From assembly GCF_009914755.1 (NCBI RefSeq), contig NC_060930.1: DNA of 64,000 bases; one strand, written 5' to 3'. Below are positions 62,901-64,000 of the stretch, in pieces. The notes under the pieces were generated by a model. It made no database searches, was not told the origin of the DNA, and was given only the letters and a program-made list of their open reading frames with translations. This DNA comes from the human T2T-CHM13v2.0 reference genome, Homo sapiens. Made by a program: the position numbers and the translations under genes. Positions within the stretch are counted from its first letter, which is position 1; every line of letters begins with the position of its first letter.

Positions 62901-64000
62901 AGAAAATAAATAAATAACATACAATGGAACTCCAATATGTCTGTCAGTAGACTTCTCAGTGGAAACCTTATAAGCCAGGAGACAGTGACATGACATATAT
63001 AAAGTGCTGAAGGAAAAACTTCTATCCTGGAGTAGCATATCCAGCAAAAATATCCTCCAAACATGGAGAAATAAAGACTTTCCTAGACAAAAAAAGCTGA
63101 GGGATTTCATCAACACCAGGACTGTCCTACAAGAATTGCTAAAGGAATGGACAATATGTTAGGCCACAAAACAAGTATTAAAATTCTCAAAAAATATTGA
63201 AATTATATCAAGGATAATCTGTGACCACAATGGAATAAAACTAAAAATCAATAACAAGAGGAATTTGGGGAACTATACAAATACATGAAAATTAAATAAT
63301 ATGCTCCTAAATGACCAGTGATCAATAAAGAAATTAAGAAGAAAATTTAACAATTACTTGAAATAAATGCTAATGAAAACATAACATACAAAAAATTATG
63401 GGATGTAGCAAAAGCAGTACTAAGAGGAACACTTATAGCAATAAGCACCTACATCAAAATAGTAGAAAAACTTCAGATAAACAACCTTACAATGCATCCT
63501 AAAGAACCAGAAAAGCAGAAGCAAACCAAACCCAAAATTAGTAGAGGAAAAGAAATAATAATGATTGAAGCAGAAATAAACAAAATTGAACTAAAAGAAT
63601 AATACAAAAGATCAACAAAATGAGAACTTCATTTTTTGAAAAGATAAACAAAATTGACAAATCTTTGGCCAGACTAAGAAAAAAAGAGAGAAAATTCAAA
63701 TAAGTAAAATGAAAGATGAAAAAGGAAACTTTACAACCAATACCACAGAAATTCAAAGGATTATCAGAGGCTACTGTAAGTAACTATATGCCAGTAAATT
63801 GGAAAGCCTAGAAGAAACGGATAAATTTGTAGACACAAACAACCTACAAAGATGGAACCATGAATAAATCCAAAACCTGAATAGACTGAGAACAACTAAT
63901 GAGATCAAAGCTGTAATTCAAAGTCTCCCATCAAAGAAAAGTCCAAGAACCAATGGCTTCACTGCTGAATTTTAGCAAACATTTAAAGATGAACTAACAC
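59960..64000 (+). mobile_element. L1M1/L1MA-type element: long 5'UTR, ORF1 remnant, internal deletion, ORF2 remnant (runs off the window)
   Basis: AAGATGACTGAA 5' start, repeated UTR modules, ORF1-like 61970-63145, ORF2-like from ~63147 (CCACAATGGAATAAAACTA, AAAGCAGTACTAAGAGG). Confidence 0.9.
62447..62688. mobile_element. MER75B piggyBac MITE
   Basis: TTAA TSD at 62443-62446 and 62689-62692; TIRs CCCATTTCCCGTTT / AAACAGGTAATAGG; 242 bp. Confidence 0.9.

Overview
Primate (probably human) genomic DNA, repeat-dense and AT-rich. It looks intronic or intergenic: I recognise no cellular protein-coding exon, RNA gene or CRISPR array, and I cannot name a host gene. The supplied ORFs are transposon fragments or chance ORFs. 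Content: 7 Alus; a 5'-inverted (twin-primed) L1PA with target-site duplications (TSDs) and a scrambled junction; L1PB/L1MA/L1MC/L1ME and HAL1 remnants; a THE1-type solo LTR; a complete two-LTR MST (MaLR) provirus with nested Tigger4, Alu and MER44; a piggyBac MER75B; MADE1, MER5A, MER20, MER96B, a decayed Charlie/Buster hAT transposase, and many MIR/L2/CR1 fragments. Most unusual observations: (i) an inverted, microhomology-flanked 124-bp copy of unique flanking DNA (50624-50766) inside the MST provirus (51954-52077); (ii) a polyadenylated, TSD-flanked ERV-LTR fragment that looks L1-retroposed (10858-10970); (iii) templated-insertion scars at the L1 inversion junction and elsewhere; (iv) several minus-strand splice signals, including a possible 3-nt/21-nt microexon near an ETS-RUNX-STAT motif cluster. 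These are mutational or regulatory curiosities. I found no evidence of a new multi-gene system. Subfamily names come from remembered consensus sequences and need Dfam/RepeatMasker confirmation; boundaries of old elements are approximate.
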